Under the pieces are notes generated by a model. It searched no databases, was not told the DNA's origin, and saw only the letters and a list, made by a program, of their open reading frames with translations. The translations under genes were made by a program, and so were the position numbers. From Okamejei kenojei (taxonomy: Eukaryota): 64,000 nucleotides of DNA. Location of the stretch: assembly GCA_035221665.1 (NCBI GenBank), contig CM069134.1:19406001-19470000 (forward strand), in the 5' to 3' direction. Below are positions 38,876 to 51,785 of the stretch, piece by piece. Position 1 is the first letter of the stretch. The number at the start of each line of letters is the position of its first letter.

Positions 38876-39246
38876 CCACCTGGTTTACAAGCATAGGTTT
38901 TTATACGATAGCCACACGAGCCACCGCAAACTCTGCCTTTAAATGTTAAGTTTAAGAGATCTCTAGCATTCCTTCCGAACCGAGTTCGCAAGCCAAGCGT
39001 GTGACGGTGCATACTGCAGCCTCGGCGATAGCGTGTAAACCCCCCCCCCCCCCCCCCTTAGCGCTGTGCTATTTGAAAACCTCGGTTTATAAAACGAGAT
39101 TAAAGACTATATCAAATACGAGTTGGCTTGCACTTCGAATCCTGGTAATAACCAAGTGTCCCTATCCAACCAAGGGAAATCCAAGACTTGCGAATTAGAA
39201 AGTAATTAAAAGATTTCCAACGCAGCGAAAGCGCTGAGGTTTCAAA

Positions 39247-39443
39247 AGATAAATTGGTCAGAAATGATAGAAACCATACGTCGATACAGATAGGCCCAAA
39301 GCGAACCGTAAGTAATATGTCTTAGTTACGCCAGACCCGAGAAAGATAATTCCGAGATAAGAAATATAATAGATAAGAGCTAAAGGCACGATAAATAACC
39401 ACAAAATTATCCAGTACTATCACAGCCGTCATGCTACACTTGA
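39247..39443. promoter_or_regulatory. Homotypic GATA-site cluster with adjacent NKX2-type site
   Basis: WGATAR at 39247, 39265, 39288, 39344, 39355, 39371 and 39417 (reverse); CGATAA at 39389; CACTTGA (TCAAGTG) at 39437-39443. Confidence 0.7.
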
Positions 39444-39589
39444 ACCAGTCCGTCGAGCATCAGAAAGAAGTGTGGAAAGTAAGGTGCCGACCTAACGGTG
39501 GATTGCCATCAGTCAGGTGTTTGTAGAAGTCCAGTGTGTCTTAAGACCAGTATGTCTAGGTGCTGGGCGGTAGAGTGCGCGTCTCTGCT

Positions 39590-39735
39590 CTCTGTTGAGC
39601 TATTTGAGAGGAGGCAGCGCCTTTAACACAATTCACTGGAAAACTGGAGATCCTGATTGGATTCACACGGTGCTGACTTAAACACGGACTCCGCAGCGCC
39701 TCCACCGTGGAGCCAGTCCTAACAAACAGCATGAC
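39590..39735 (-). promoter_or_regulatory. gata6 distal promoter / exon 1a-like region with CCAAT box
   Basis: Minus strand reads gctgtttgttagg...gtgaatCCAATcaggatctccagttttcc...aaaggcgctgcctcctctc, with the CCAAT at 39656-39660. CpG-rich, and it resembles my recollection of the human GATA6 transcript 5' end (unverified). Confidence 0.6.
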
Positions 39736-41903
39736 CCTAGCAAAACGGGCCCTCAGATAGACTGAAGCTCTCTGCGCGTCTCGTTTATATCTCCAGTCTC
39801 ACAGATAGGTAGAGACGGGAAGACTGCAGCATTCAGAGACAGACTGCCAGATACAAAAAAAAAAGATAGCTTGGGATATAATGTGAAAATGATTGAGTGG
39901 AGAGGGAACAGCAGAGCCTTTGAACTCCGGCATTAACGCGCTAACTAAAAGCACGGCGGACTCCATTCAAGGAACGGAATGTGACACCGACCTTACACTC
40001 GGAGACATTTTAAAATTAAAGACGTACATACATTATAATGCGTTGTTGCAGGAAAATCAATGAGACGGTGCTGATAAACATTCATTCCACCTGTCGTGTG
40101 ATGATTTCAGTTACTTTTGGGGAGCGAACTGATCGGAATGAATACGCTTGAGGGCACAATGTGCAGCGTGTGGTGGGCACAGCCTAAACACTACTTTGCC
40201 TGCATTGTCTTATAAAGGACGGGCGGCTTCCTCGCACTGACACGTTGCCCGCTTAAAAATGGTTGCTCTGAGTTCAGGTGCGCAGTTCAAATTACTTTCA
40301 TCAATCTTAGCCAAGCCGCTGGCGTTGTCCAAAGTCCGAACGATATTCTCGCCGCACAAAGATCTATAAATGCAAGGATTAAAATGAAAGAGAATATTTA
40401 AAGAGGTACAGTTTCACTAAATGTGCTCATTACAAGATCACTCAACGGTGTTTTCGTTTTAATTGGATATCCATTTAGTTTACCCCGGTGCACAGTTGTT
40501 AGAATCAAAGGGGGGGGGGGGGGGGGGGGTCGGTACCGATTCAAGACAATTGTGGAAAGCAAATGAGCCCGTCACCCTTTCCACACCAGAAAATTCAGAC
40601 CCGGGCATTGAACAGCTGACTACAAACCAAGACAATGACACTTTCTCAACGCAGACCTAGTTTCAGAGTCCGCATCCCTCAAAGTGTAGTCTTATTCCAA
40701 AATATTCTGCAGTCTGCACTGCAAGAACTGCCAGTCGCAATGCTTCCTTCTTGCAGCAAGGCTGGCGTATTAAAAGCAACAATGCAGTTATCTCCATTTC
40801 TCGCTGGCATATCCCACACACAACCCGATCGATACTGCCGTTACTCTTTCAGAAATATCGATATTCAAGCGCCATCATATCTCTGGCAATGCGGGTGTTT
40901 AATTCTGACTCTTAAGTGGTTTGCAATGTGGTTACCATTATCCAACAACAGAGACATGCGTTTGATTTCGTTATCAGTTCTGTAAAATCCTTACGTCCGA
41001 TCCTACGAGGGAGTTAAAATCTTTTTGTATCGCTGCTGGCTGCACGAGAAGAGCTAATTAATTAATAGTCTGTCCTGTTAATTTGTCTGCGACTGGATTC
41101 GAATCATTTGTAAAAGTCTATCGGTTTAGCTAAACCATCTCGGCGTCAGGGGGCCTGACACCTTCCATTGACTTGCCAGGGGGATCCTTCTTTGAACCTT
41201 AAAAGTAAGTGATAATTTACTCCCTGGGTTCATTACCCAAACTGCACAACCGACAGAATGCAAATGGAAATAAACAAATAGTGAAATAATCACCATTGCG
41301 ACTAAATAAATGTTTTAAGTTGTGGATAACAAAATAATGAGGCCGATTTTTGCGTGTCTCCTTTAGTAAGAATGGAAATAGACCATACCTTGCCTATATG
41401 TCTATGGTCTGAAGCATTATAAAGTATAACATCTTTACAGGTAAAATGTATGTATCGAAAACTAAGCTCAACGGTAATCGTGTTCAGGAAATGGTCCAGG
41501 GTTATATGTTAAAAGTGTTAAAATTGATGGAATAAGTGTGCTGCAACTAATATATATAACTGCATGGATCTAGTATATTGTACACATATATGCATGTGTG
41601 TACGTGTTCACGTAACACGAACCTGTTCACATCACAGCGCAACCTGTTCTACAATCAAACAGTTCATCCTAAATGTCTCAATTGTGCACTTGACTTGCAT
41701 AAAAGTTTATTTTATGTGTTCACTCCGTGTGGTTGGTCGGCTTGTCGTATAGATAACTCATCTAAAGCATATATTTTTTAATAAAGCTATATAGAATATC
41801 TCTGCGGTTTGTGCTGCTGACACGTTTAAAGTATTAATTTCTCGTGATTTTTCCTGAATAACTTTTCTAAGATAGGTTCGAGTTACACTTTGTTTTCTAA
41901 ATG

Positions 41904-42001
41904 GCAAATCTGGTTGATTATTTCAGTGCTGAAGGAGCCTTGTTAGATTGTGCAAATCTGGTTGATTATTTCAGTGCTGAAGGAGTCTTGTAAAAGATTG
42001 T
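41904..42001. repeat. 48-bp tandem duplication
   Basis: gcaaatctggttgattatttcagtgctgaaggag(c/t)cttgt...agattgt occurs twice, starting at 41904 and 41952. Confidence 0.92.
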
Positions 42002-44146
42002 GTACAGTTTAGTGTCGAGGGGCAGGAAAGATTGCACCACCTCGGATGCGTGAATGCGAATTGTTTGCCGAATGATTTGGGTCGGTTTTAATTCCGATTG
42101 TTTCGCGCGGTGAAGGATTGAAAAAAAAAATGCACTCCGGTGTTTGGGAAGGTGGTCGGTTATTTTTGCGCAGAAGAGGAAGGCTGAGCTGCGCCGCTTC
42201 CAAAACGAGTGTAAAGATTGTGGTGCTGCCGCGGTCAGTAGAAGAGTGATGAGGTGGCTGAACTAAACAGAACAAGCTGTGTGTGTTCTCCTCTGATAGT
42301 AATGTTAAAACATGGCACACAGGAATGAATGTTGGACGCCGCACTGTCTCCCCATCCGAGAGCTCTCTCTCTCGCATTTTAACAGGCTACAGGGAAGAAA
42401 GGAAAATAACATCTACAAATCCACACTCTCAGGATAATTTACAGTACGCTTTAGCACAATTCAATCAACTATTTACACACAAAATATCATTTATTATTTT
42501 ATTCTGTCATTAATGCGATAACAAAATTAGATTTTTGACATGTTGTCCGTGAAACGTTCTCATTTCTTCATCCTAAACGACTACAATAATTGTGTGTTTC
42601 ATGCAGTATTTATTCGATAGGAGGCAGACGAACATTGCATTAACATTTACATTTTAACGATTTTTAATGTGCAAAACGCGTTTGCAAGCAGGCCTCCCGA
42701 TTCAGTTATTGCATCCACATTCATGTTACAACGCTGACCAGTGACAAATCAGTTTCAAACCCAATCGTTGTACAATTCATTTGCGTTATTTAAATTTTTA
42801 AGAGGGAGCCAATATTGAACAGTGAAATATTTCCATAAATGACCTGAAAACCAATGACATTTGCTTTTCGCTGCTTCGTCTGGGGATTACTGGGGATTGG
42901 CACCAGATTTTGTGTTGCCACATTTTTTTTTAAATATTAGTGAGGTGAAATATGAACGTTAGCGTTTTGAAATGAAATAAATAATTAAAACTAGTGAAAT
43001 GCAATGATTTAATCGAAATTCAGATTAGCAATTTACGCGCGTGGCGACATTGATAGCGCGGCTATCACTTGTTTTAATTGATCTTGCGAAGTTTGTTTCT
43101 CTTTTCTAATTTGCTAAACTTTACAGAAAGTACATCGGGGAAATATCGCAACTCTTTTATGCATCGAAGGCACATACTTTTGCGTTCAAACTCATATATT
43201 CGGAGCAAAGCTCGTTTTAAAATAAATTGGGGTTAGCGTGCTGCATACAAGGTAATGAATAAAAGGTAATGTTTCCCGAATACATCATTTTGATTTACAT
43301 TCGCACTATTTTAGATGCAATAAGATAAGGAAGGACTGATCACTTAAAATCTCTGCCAACGCAATAAAATTAGCGAAATTAAGACATTTTGCTCATGTTC
43401 AGATAAAATAATGTTGTCTCTCTTTCGAAATTACAGTGGGTTGCAAAATATGAATAATTCATCTGTTGTTCAGTGCAGTCCACGTGATGTAGTTGATGCT
43501 GAAATAAATACATCAAATATTGGCGGTTTTGTATGGTGGCTTTTGTGTTTGCTTAGTTTCACAGTTGTGACTATATTCTTTGCTTTTAATTAAGCATGCA
43601 ACCGATATCTCAAAGCAAAAATAACAACAGAGAGATGTTGGCATAAAAAAAAACACACGGAAGAGCGAAATATGGGGGAGCTACACCATTCTCTGAACGC
43701 CTTTAATATGAAACTGTACAACGGAAGGCATTAGTTATCCTCTTCAATTATTCATCACCAAATAAAATTAGGATCATGGCTGATTCCACTAAAAAAGAAA
43801 GTTGCATTCATATAAATCGTTTTTTCGGTTAGACCCTGAGCCGTCGTCGTAGTCGTCGCCCCCACCCCCCTCCCTCCCATATTGAAGTTTAATACACTTA
43901 AAATGAAAATAATATAATTATTAGTCATCGTATCGAAAAATGCCTTAGATTCTACTTTTCAAGGCTGAAATTGGGGACAGTTTGAGTCACAAGTTCCGTT
44001 ATAGATTCACCTTTCTCTGAAAATCACGTGGCTGTGTTGGTCGGGACGGTGGGACAGCAAAGTATTTATTTCCATGAGTGGTGTTGGTGCTTTAAAGAAA
44101 AATAAGGAAACAAGGTTTCTAAATCTGAAGTGAACATGAGTTCTGG

Positions 44147-44278
44147 TCAGAAGAAGGGTCTCGATCCGAAATGTCGCCCATTCCTTCTCTCCAGAGATGC
44201 TGCCTGTCCCGCTGAGTTACTCCAGCATTTTGTGTTTATCTTCGGTTTAAATCAGCATCTGCAGTTCCTTCCTGCACA
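44147..44278 (+). mobile_element. Solo pLTR-derived element
   Basis: tcagaagaagggtctcgatccgaaatgtcgcc...cagcatctgcagttccttcc. Confidence 0.85.
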
Positions 44279-45179
44279 TGATTTCTCCCAAGTTCTTCGA
44301 CTATGGAAAATCCTTGGAGGCTTTAACTTAGAAATGTTACAATCAGCTAAATTTCGGCGTTACCTTTCACTGAGAAAGAAGCATGGACGAGAACGTATTT
44401 GGAACATTAAACTAGTAATCAGTTAATAATTATTTTTGCGTGGTGCATTTAACGGAACAAAACTCAGACATATTCAATTGCAACTAATTGTTGACACGCC
44501 TTCCTTGAAAATATTTTACATAGGTCACGTTTGTGACTTATTCTTTTTATTTCTCATGTCATAGCAGAGTTCTAACCTGCTGAGTACCCATTGTATTTTC
44601 TGCGTTTATTTCAGATTTCTAACATTAACTACGGTTTTTTTTTTATTTCTGTGGGATTGTTCTCAGTTACAAATATAATGTATGAAAGACTGAGTAACCC
44701 TCAGTTTAAAGAAAATCAGTATCTGCCGATATAAAGAGACTGCAGCTGCTGGAATCTGGAGCAAAAATAAAACTGCTGGAAGAATGCAGCGAATCAAGCA
44801 GCTTTCGTGGAGGCACACGAACGCCGACTTTTCGAATCGATAAATTGCATCAGGATAGCGATCCGAAACGCCATCAAATAGCGGGTGGACATTTTAATAT
44901 TAAAGAGTGAGTGAAATCAAGATCCGCCTTTGGAATCAGATGGTTTCTGTCTCTTTTAAGCTTTGAAACAACATAGGACAGCATTATATAGAAGGTTGAT
45001 GTCGCATTATATATTACTTCAAGAGGACTGGAGAATGTAATACAGATTCACTGAATTTGAACATTTTAACGAATATATTCGTGTGCAGGGGGTTAGGGGG
45101 TCAAAGGGGTACTTACTATATTGTCATCGATGGTAGTAGAATCACAATTTATTTATGTCAACAGAATAGTAAATTAAAA

Positions 45180-45312
45180 TCTAGAAATAAAGAAATGCAG
45201 ATACTGGTTTATACCAAAGAGAGACACAAAGTGCTGGAGTAACTCAGCGGGTCAGGCAACATCTCCGGAGAAAAATAATTGGTGACATTTCGGATCGGGA
45301 CCCTTCTTGAGA
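45180..45312 (-). mobile_element. Solo pLTR-derived element
   Basis: gacacaaagtgctggagtaactcagcgggtcaggcaacatc...tttcggatcgggacccttctt. Confidence 0.8.
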
Positions 45313-48300
45313 CTACGGTATCTAATAATTTCCAATTTCCGCAGGTGTCCGCAGATAGCATTTCGTTATTTACAAAAAAACCCTACAAAGGTTACTTACT
45401 CTTAGATTTCAACACAAAAGGGACAATTTAAGGACATGCAATTGTTGGTGGAAAATACAATAAATAAAATGAAACTACGGGTGTTTTTTAATTACAAAAA
45501 CACCATTAACATAATAACATAATAAAAGAAACATAATAGAAGAAGCAGTTGCTGAAAAATGAATATTAACGTTAATTTGCAAACTTTAATTTGATAATCA
45601 TAACGCAACTGTTTTCAAGTGCTCTTAGGGGCTACTACAGAACGCTACAGTATAGATTTGGGGGGAACTTTGGGGCTACTCAAAGCTAGAGTATATATTT
45701 TGCAAAATTTTCGTCAACATTTTCAACCAATATAATACAGATCAATTAAAAGTATTTTTGACCCAGGGATTTGCATTTACATTGTCTCTGTGAAAAGGTG
45801 GCATGCGGTCTTACATTTAAATCTGCTCTTCATCTTTGGGTAAAATATAATAAGCAGATTTTTGGCTCAATCCAAATATATATAAGTAAACGGAATATCG
45901 TATCTTCCCATGTTCTACGGAAGGTAAACAAGGAGAACGAACAAAGATAGAGTTGGCGCTAGCACTGTCATAGGTCATCTTATCTTTCCATTATTTCCAA
46001 TCCAGATATAAACCAAACAGCTAGTGCTTTCTTCTTCCATGCAAAATAATCCTTTAAACGGACCTCTCTTTTGATCCCGTGTCTCAATTTTTCGCTAAGT
46101 ACATTCCAATCTGACTCACGTAAAGTCAGACTTTCTGTTCTGTAGTCAGAAAGGGTTCTGCTCTTTTTCGTCAGGTCCCTGTGTAAAACAAAATAGTCAC
46201 AGTCTAACTGATAGTTGTGACCTCCCACGTGTGGAGTTGCTCTACAGGATGACCAAATTCTGGGTGGAAGGAAAATTCCAATTTGTTAACATTTCCTGTG
46301 CTTCATTGTCAGGACGTTGTCAAAAGTTACTTGTTTTAGAATGGGATCATGTGAATTTGAGTGAATAATATAAATATTGTTTACAGCCTAGAGCTAAAGC
46401 AGTAAACTGTTGACCTGAAGGTTACAGATACTCAAGAGAATGTATATAATCCCAGAGTAATTCTGAACATTGGTTAGTTCTGAGGCTGGTAGTAGAGTGG
46501 TGTAATTAATAGTTTATCCTCAGACCATAAGACCAGAATTTAATGTCACTAGCTGTAATTTTTAAGTTACTGTCATATCATATTCATTTTAAGTGAAAGG
46601 TTTACACCTATTTGATATGAACAGCCAATATGCACTCTATTACTTAATAAAGATTAAGCATCCAAAATGTCTAATTATTAATGTAATTTAGAAGGAAACT
46701 TTTAATATTGATTGTTAAACATTGTTCAATATTTAATATTTTTATCAATGAGAAAAGTTGATTTCTTCATCAACTTATGGTGTGACAAAATTTGACATGG
46801 CATACTGTAATTGGATCAATAACTATTTTAAATCCTAAATTTTACAAAACTGCAAGGTAAGCAAGTATTCAGTGTATCATTCCATTACCATTTTTGTAAT
46901 AATAATCTGCAATTCATTATCAAAATATTTAACTGAGAAAAACAGAAAACATATGCTTTCTCAGCTGCTGCAGAATAAATAGACCTGTGCATTCTGCTTG
47001 AATACAGAACTGGTTCATTGTTTAATCCAACACATCAGGATGAACATTTTTTTTATAACATTGCAATTAGCAAATTGTAGGAGATTTCCAAAATAAAGAT
47101 TTGCACCATCTTACATGTAAACTGACTTTTGTTTTACTATCAACAGTGGAAATTGAACATACATTAAACTTAAATATTTTAATTTACTTGTGAACATATT
47201 ACTAAGATCACAATATGCTGTTTTTTTGGTTTGCCATGATCAGTGAACATGCACAATGAAGCAATTTTGTTTTGATGAAGTGATTTTGCTCAGACTTGGT
47301 GTGTTTTTCCGCGATCTTCATCTGAATATGTTTGTCCGTTATCTTTTCATTGGACAGGCAACCAAAATGAAAATGGTAAATAAGGTTATTTTTATGTTAG
47401 GTGCAAAGTGCTTTTGTTTTCAATATATATTAAATGTCCCACTGCTTAGAACCCAAAATATTAGAACTACAAAAGCATTTCATATCTCAGTCACAGGTAC
47501 CATTTTGTGTTGGCTGTATAGGTTCACCCCGAGAACATTGGCATGCTTACTTTGATAGAAAAGCCCATAATATCGGAACTTACATCCAAGTTGGCTAGCA
47601 GGAGAAACAATTAAAAATTACACATTTGTGAGTTTTGCTTTCGTTATCAATTTGGTTTGAATTAGTGTGATGTACGATTGGATATTTCTTATCCTGGTAG
47701 ATGATTTAGGAGTTTCGCTGTCATTCCCTCTAAAGATACCAGAGAGAGAGACAGAGAAAGATAATGTGAGAGGAGGAGAGAAATAATCTCCTCCAGTATA
47801 TGGACACTATGGTAAGTTAGCAAAATATTTTCATGTAAATTGTAATGCCCTGAAACTCCACGTCTGGCACAATTTGTAATCACATAATGATTTTGCTTTT
47901 CAAAGAGGAATATTTAAGTCTATGCCAACCATGAGTCTCCATAGAAATGTAAACACTGAAATTGACTATTTGGGGAGAACTGAGTTTGCAGATGCTCTTA
48001 CTTCACATATTACTTTACTTTATGTTCTGTCATCATATGTACAATGTGTCATTGTTTCTTTTTATTTATCCACTTACTATTAGCTGAATCTGTTTGGCAA
48101 TCTATCCAGCGATTGGCTAATGACATTTTTATTCTATTCCTTCCCAAAGCTGACAAAGATCATGTGAAAATGTGCAGTTTAACAAGTAGGATGAAATCAG
48201 TGGCAGAAGATTGCTGTTCAATCACCTTGTGTACCTTGCTGCTGAGCAAATAAAGATATACTTTGCAAAAAAAACACAGATCATTGTCTTACCAGTGCAA

Positions 48301-50579
48301 AAGATGCTGTATGTGGAATACAATAATGACAGGAATACCAAACAAGGCCAGATAACTGTGTTCCATTTTACGGTTGTAAAATGTTACGGTTGGAACATTA
48401 GAATGTATTTGACTTAGATCAGGCAATTGAGGTGGTTTTTTGGACTCAATTCCCAGATGTCCATCCATTATATTTCCATTGGAAAGGTGGAGCCTTATAC
48501 GTCATGGAACAAATAACAAAAGAAAAATGGTAAACGTGACAATTTGGTATAAATTATTGGGCAGTTTATTTTCAATATAGTTTAATATTGCATGCTGATG
48601 CTGCCAAAGTTTATTTTAAAAAAAAATCATACTACAGTTCTGTCAAGTTCAAAAGCTATGAGTTAATGAAAAGCAAAATAAAATTGCAAACTCTGGAAAT
48701 CTGAAATACAAAAAAAAAAATGCAGGAAGAACTCAGCAGGTCAGACAGTATCTGTGAAAAGAGAAACAGTCAATAATTTGACACTTGGTTTCAACCTAGT
48801 TGATGTTTAGGTTGGGGATAATATGTGGTAAATCTTCTGCATTTTCTAATAATTATTATAGAATTTATACAGTATATGTGATTTTAGCACAATAATGCAA
48901 CATTTGATAATAGTAGTTTTATCAAGGGTATAAGTGCTTTCTTTTTACTTCACTTTGTCAAGAATGTTTTGAGCTTGGTATATTGTGAAATTTTGGTGCA
49001 AGAAACAGAATCTATAAAACATTTATGAACACATTTCCCAGATTAGGGAAAATGCATTGGAACAGAAAGACTTCCAGTGTCAGGGGTGAGCCTTAGTGGA
49101 AAAATAAGTTTTTCCATTTCTTAATTGTGTCCCTTAGCCAAAGTGAAAATATAAATGTCAATGTGGAAGATTGTTTACTTTGGTGTATACCTGTCACGAA
49201 TTGGCCCTCCAACTCATGTATAAAGATTCTTTACAAGCACAAGAGAGGCAGGAAACTTTTATCGGATTAGTTTATTCTGCTTTCAAACATGGGTCATTGA
49301 ATTACAGGATAATGTGAAAACAGAGTGAATCAATCAAATCTCTTCAAGTGCTTGTGGTAAATTCAATAAATAATCATCTTGCTTGATAACAAATAAGGAA
49401 TTTAATTGATCATACAAATTAAGCAGGCAATTATTTCATCCTCAGAATGAGAAGATGATCACTATCAGTGCTGCTATAATATATTTTGATAATACCAATT
49501 AATTTGGTTGTATGCCAATGATGAGGAGCTTTAAAATTAGGTCAATAGCTTTAGACTGGATATATAAGCAACAACAATAACAAATTCAGGTCATTTGCTG
49601 ACTGTGCTTTCATAAAATTCTTCACAAAATTACCATCCAATTTACCTCTGGGAAATGCTTTCATGTTGCATTACCCACTGCTCATCCTTACCCTTGCATC
49701 TAATTTTACATACGCAACTATTCCAAAGCATTCTCAGCTAATATTTTATAATCCTGCATCTGTAAATATAAACTCACCCAAACTCACTCACCTTTAATTT
49801 TGTTTGTCTATCATTACAGTACTCATTGATTTACTCTGGCTATTGGGCCAACCTTGACTTTAAATTCCCTAGCCTTATTTTCCAAGCAATTGATGGCTTT
49901 AATCAATTTTTATCCCTCCAACCTATTCCAAAGCTATAATATTTGGAATTCTAAGTCTTGTGTTCTAAGCCTTCCCTAGAATATTACTCTCATTTTAAAT
50001 TGTTCCAAAATTAGCCTCATATGTCCAATTGCCCAGGATCCAAGATTTAGAATGTTCTTTATAATTCTTTCAAGCTCTCTGAGTCTCAGCTTCTTAACGG
50101 AGATCCTCATGGAATGCCTTTTGGATCAAGCTTTTGTACATCAGTCTCAGCACTTACAATGATTATGCACCTGTATTATCATTTCACTATTATAAATGGA
50201 CTATATGAAGGCATCATTCTTTATCTTTGGTTATGTGAATGATTAAATGACTTAAGAAGCCTTTGGTATTTTACAATGTATAAAATCGGTGTTTTGTTTT
50301 AATACATGTTTTATTATTGACATTGCTTTCTTAGAGGTGTCATTAAAATGTTAATTGAAGTGAAGCTCTGGAACTATTTTTTAAATGAATATATATATTC
50401 TATGTTAATTCACAAATTTTATTTCCAACAAACAGTATTTTTATTTTTACAGAAAAGGCAACTTTGACAGTCACACGAGTGACAGAGTTTTGATATTTGA
50501 GAAACACTATGCAGGGCTATTTATTCAAGATTGAATTACCACAATTGTTAAAAGTTCCTAAGACAAGAGAAATGTTAAG

Positions 50580-50960
50580 GGGTTGCGAAGTGGCACAGGG
50601 GTAGAGACCCGGGTTCGACATAAACTTGTCTTGACGTGACATACCCCAGGTGCTGTCTGTATGGTGTTTGTAAGTTCTCCCTGTGACAACGTGGGTTTTC
50701 TCTGGGTGCTCTGGTTTCCTCCCACATTCTAAAAGATTTGCATGTTGTAGGTAAATTGGCTTCTGTAAACTGTGCCTAATGTGTAGGATAGAAACATAGA
50801 AAATAGGTGCAGGAGTAGGCCATTCGGCCCTTCGAGCCTGCACCGCCATTCAATATGATCATGGCTGATCATTTCCATGATAGAACTAGTGTACAGAGAT
50901 TGCAGCTCTCCATAGACTCGGTGGGCCAAAGGGACGGTTTTCACACTATATCTCTAAAGC
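50580..50960 (+). mobile_element. HE1/V-SINE-like SINE with an inserted antisense CR1 tail (about 50788-50870)
   Basis: B box ggttcgac and V core; the inner atagaaacatagaaaataggtgcaggagtaggccattcggcccttcgagcc is a CR1 3' end. Confidence 0.82.
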
Positions 50961-51659
50961 TGGTTAGATATAGGTTCAGCAACTGCAATCTCTTGGCATT
51001 TATTTGTTTGCCTAAGAATTTTGCATTGGTTTGCCAAAAGTGGCTGAACATTTTTTTTTTCTGTTTTTTGCCTGTCAGATGATTTATGGTGGTTCTCGTG
51101 TTTAATAAATGATGTTTGACATTTTAGAATAGATTGAATGAGAAGATTTGGTGAATCTGCATGAAAATAAACATGAAAAAACAAAATCAGTATACATTTT
51201 GAGCAGTTTGTGATATATTACTTAGGCAATTGCCATTATAAATGTAGCCACAAAAGTTTATAATCAAAAGACTTAGTACAAAACTATGAAGTTTAATAAA
51301 ATAAAATTTTGCAGATGCAAAGTGCTTGGAGAATATTATTCCATAAAATTGAGGCAGCTTTGTTTTTTTCATCAAGGTGAATGAGATTGTCTATATTAAT
51401 TTAACACACCTGCACGTATGTAAATACATGTAGCCCCATACTTGACTGTTCCAACTTGCATAATTGCAATAGATATTCTTACAGGTCTTGTTTTGTTAAT
51501 TATGCAATGGCATAGCCTCACGTCTCATAAAAGCTCTTGTGATGTGGAGAATTCCTGAATACAAATATATTACCAATCTTGCTGAAGTTGATACCCTCGG
51601 ACATTACTGGCTTTACTTTGCACTAAACATTATTACCTTATCATATATACATACACTGT

Positions 51660-51785
51660 GTTAAAGAAGGAACTGCAGATGCTGGAAAATCGAGGGTACA
51701 CAAAATGCTGGAGAAACTCAGCGGGTGCAACAGCATCTATGCATGGTTTGACCTGCTGAGTTTCTCCAGCATTTTGTGTACCATC
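51660..51785. mobile_element. Short fold-back pLTR element (core deleted) inside a LINE-tail relic
   Basis: ggtacacaaaatgctggagaaactcagc / gctgagtttctccagcattttgtgtacc; atacactgt / atatactgt flanks. Confidence 0.8.

Noticed and set aside
39040-40529. Poly-C (39040-39057) and poly-G (40510-40529) runs as functional G-quadruplex elements
   Set aside because: Simple homopolymers of assembly-sensitive length with no further support.
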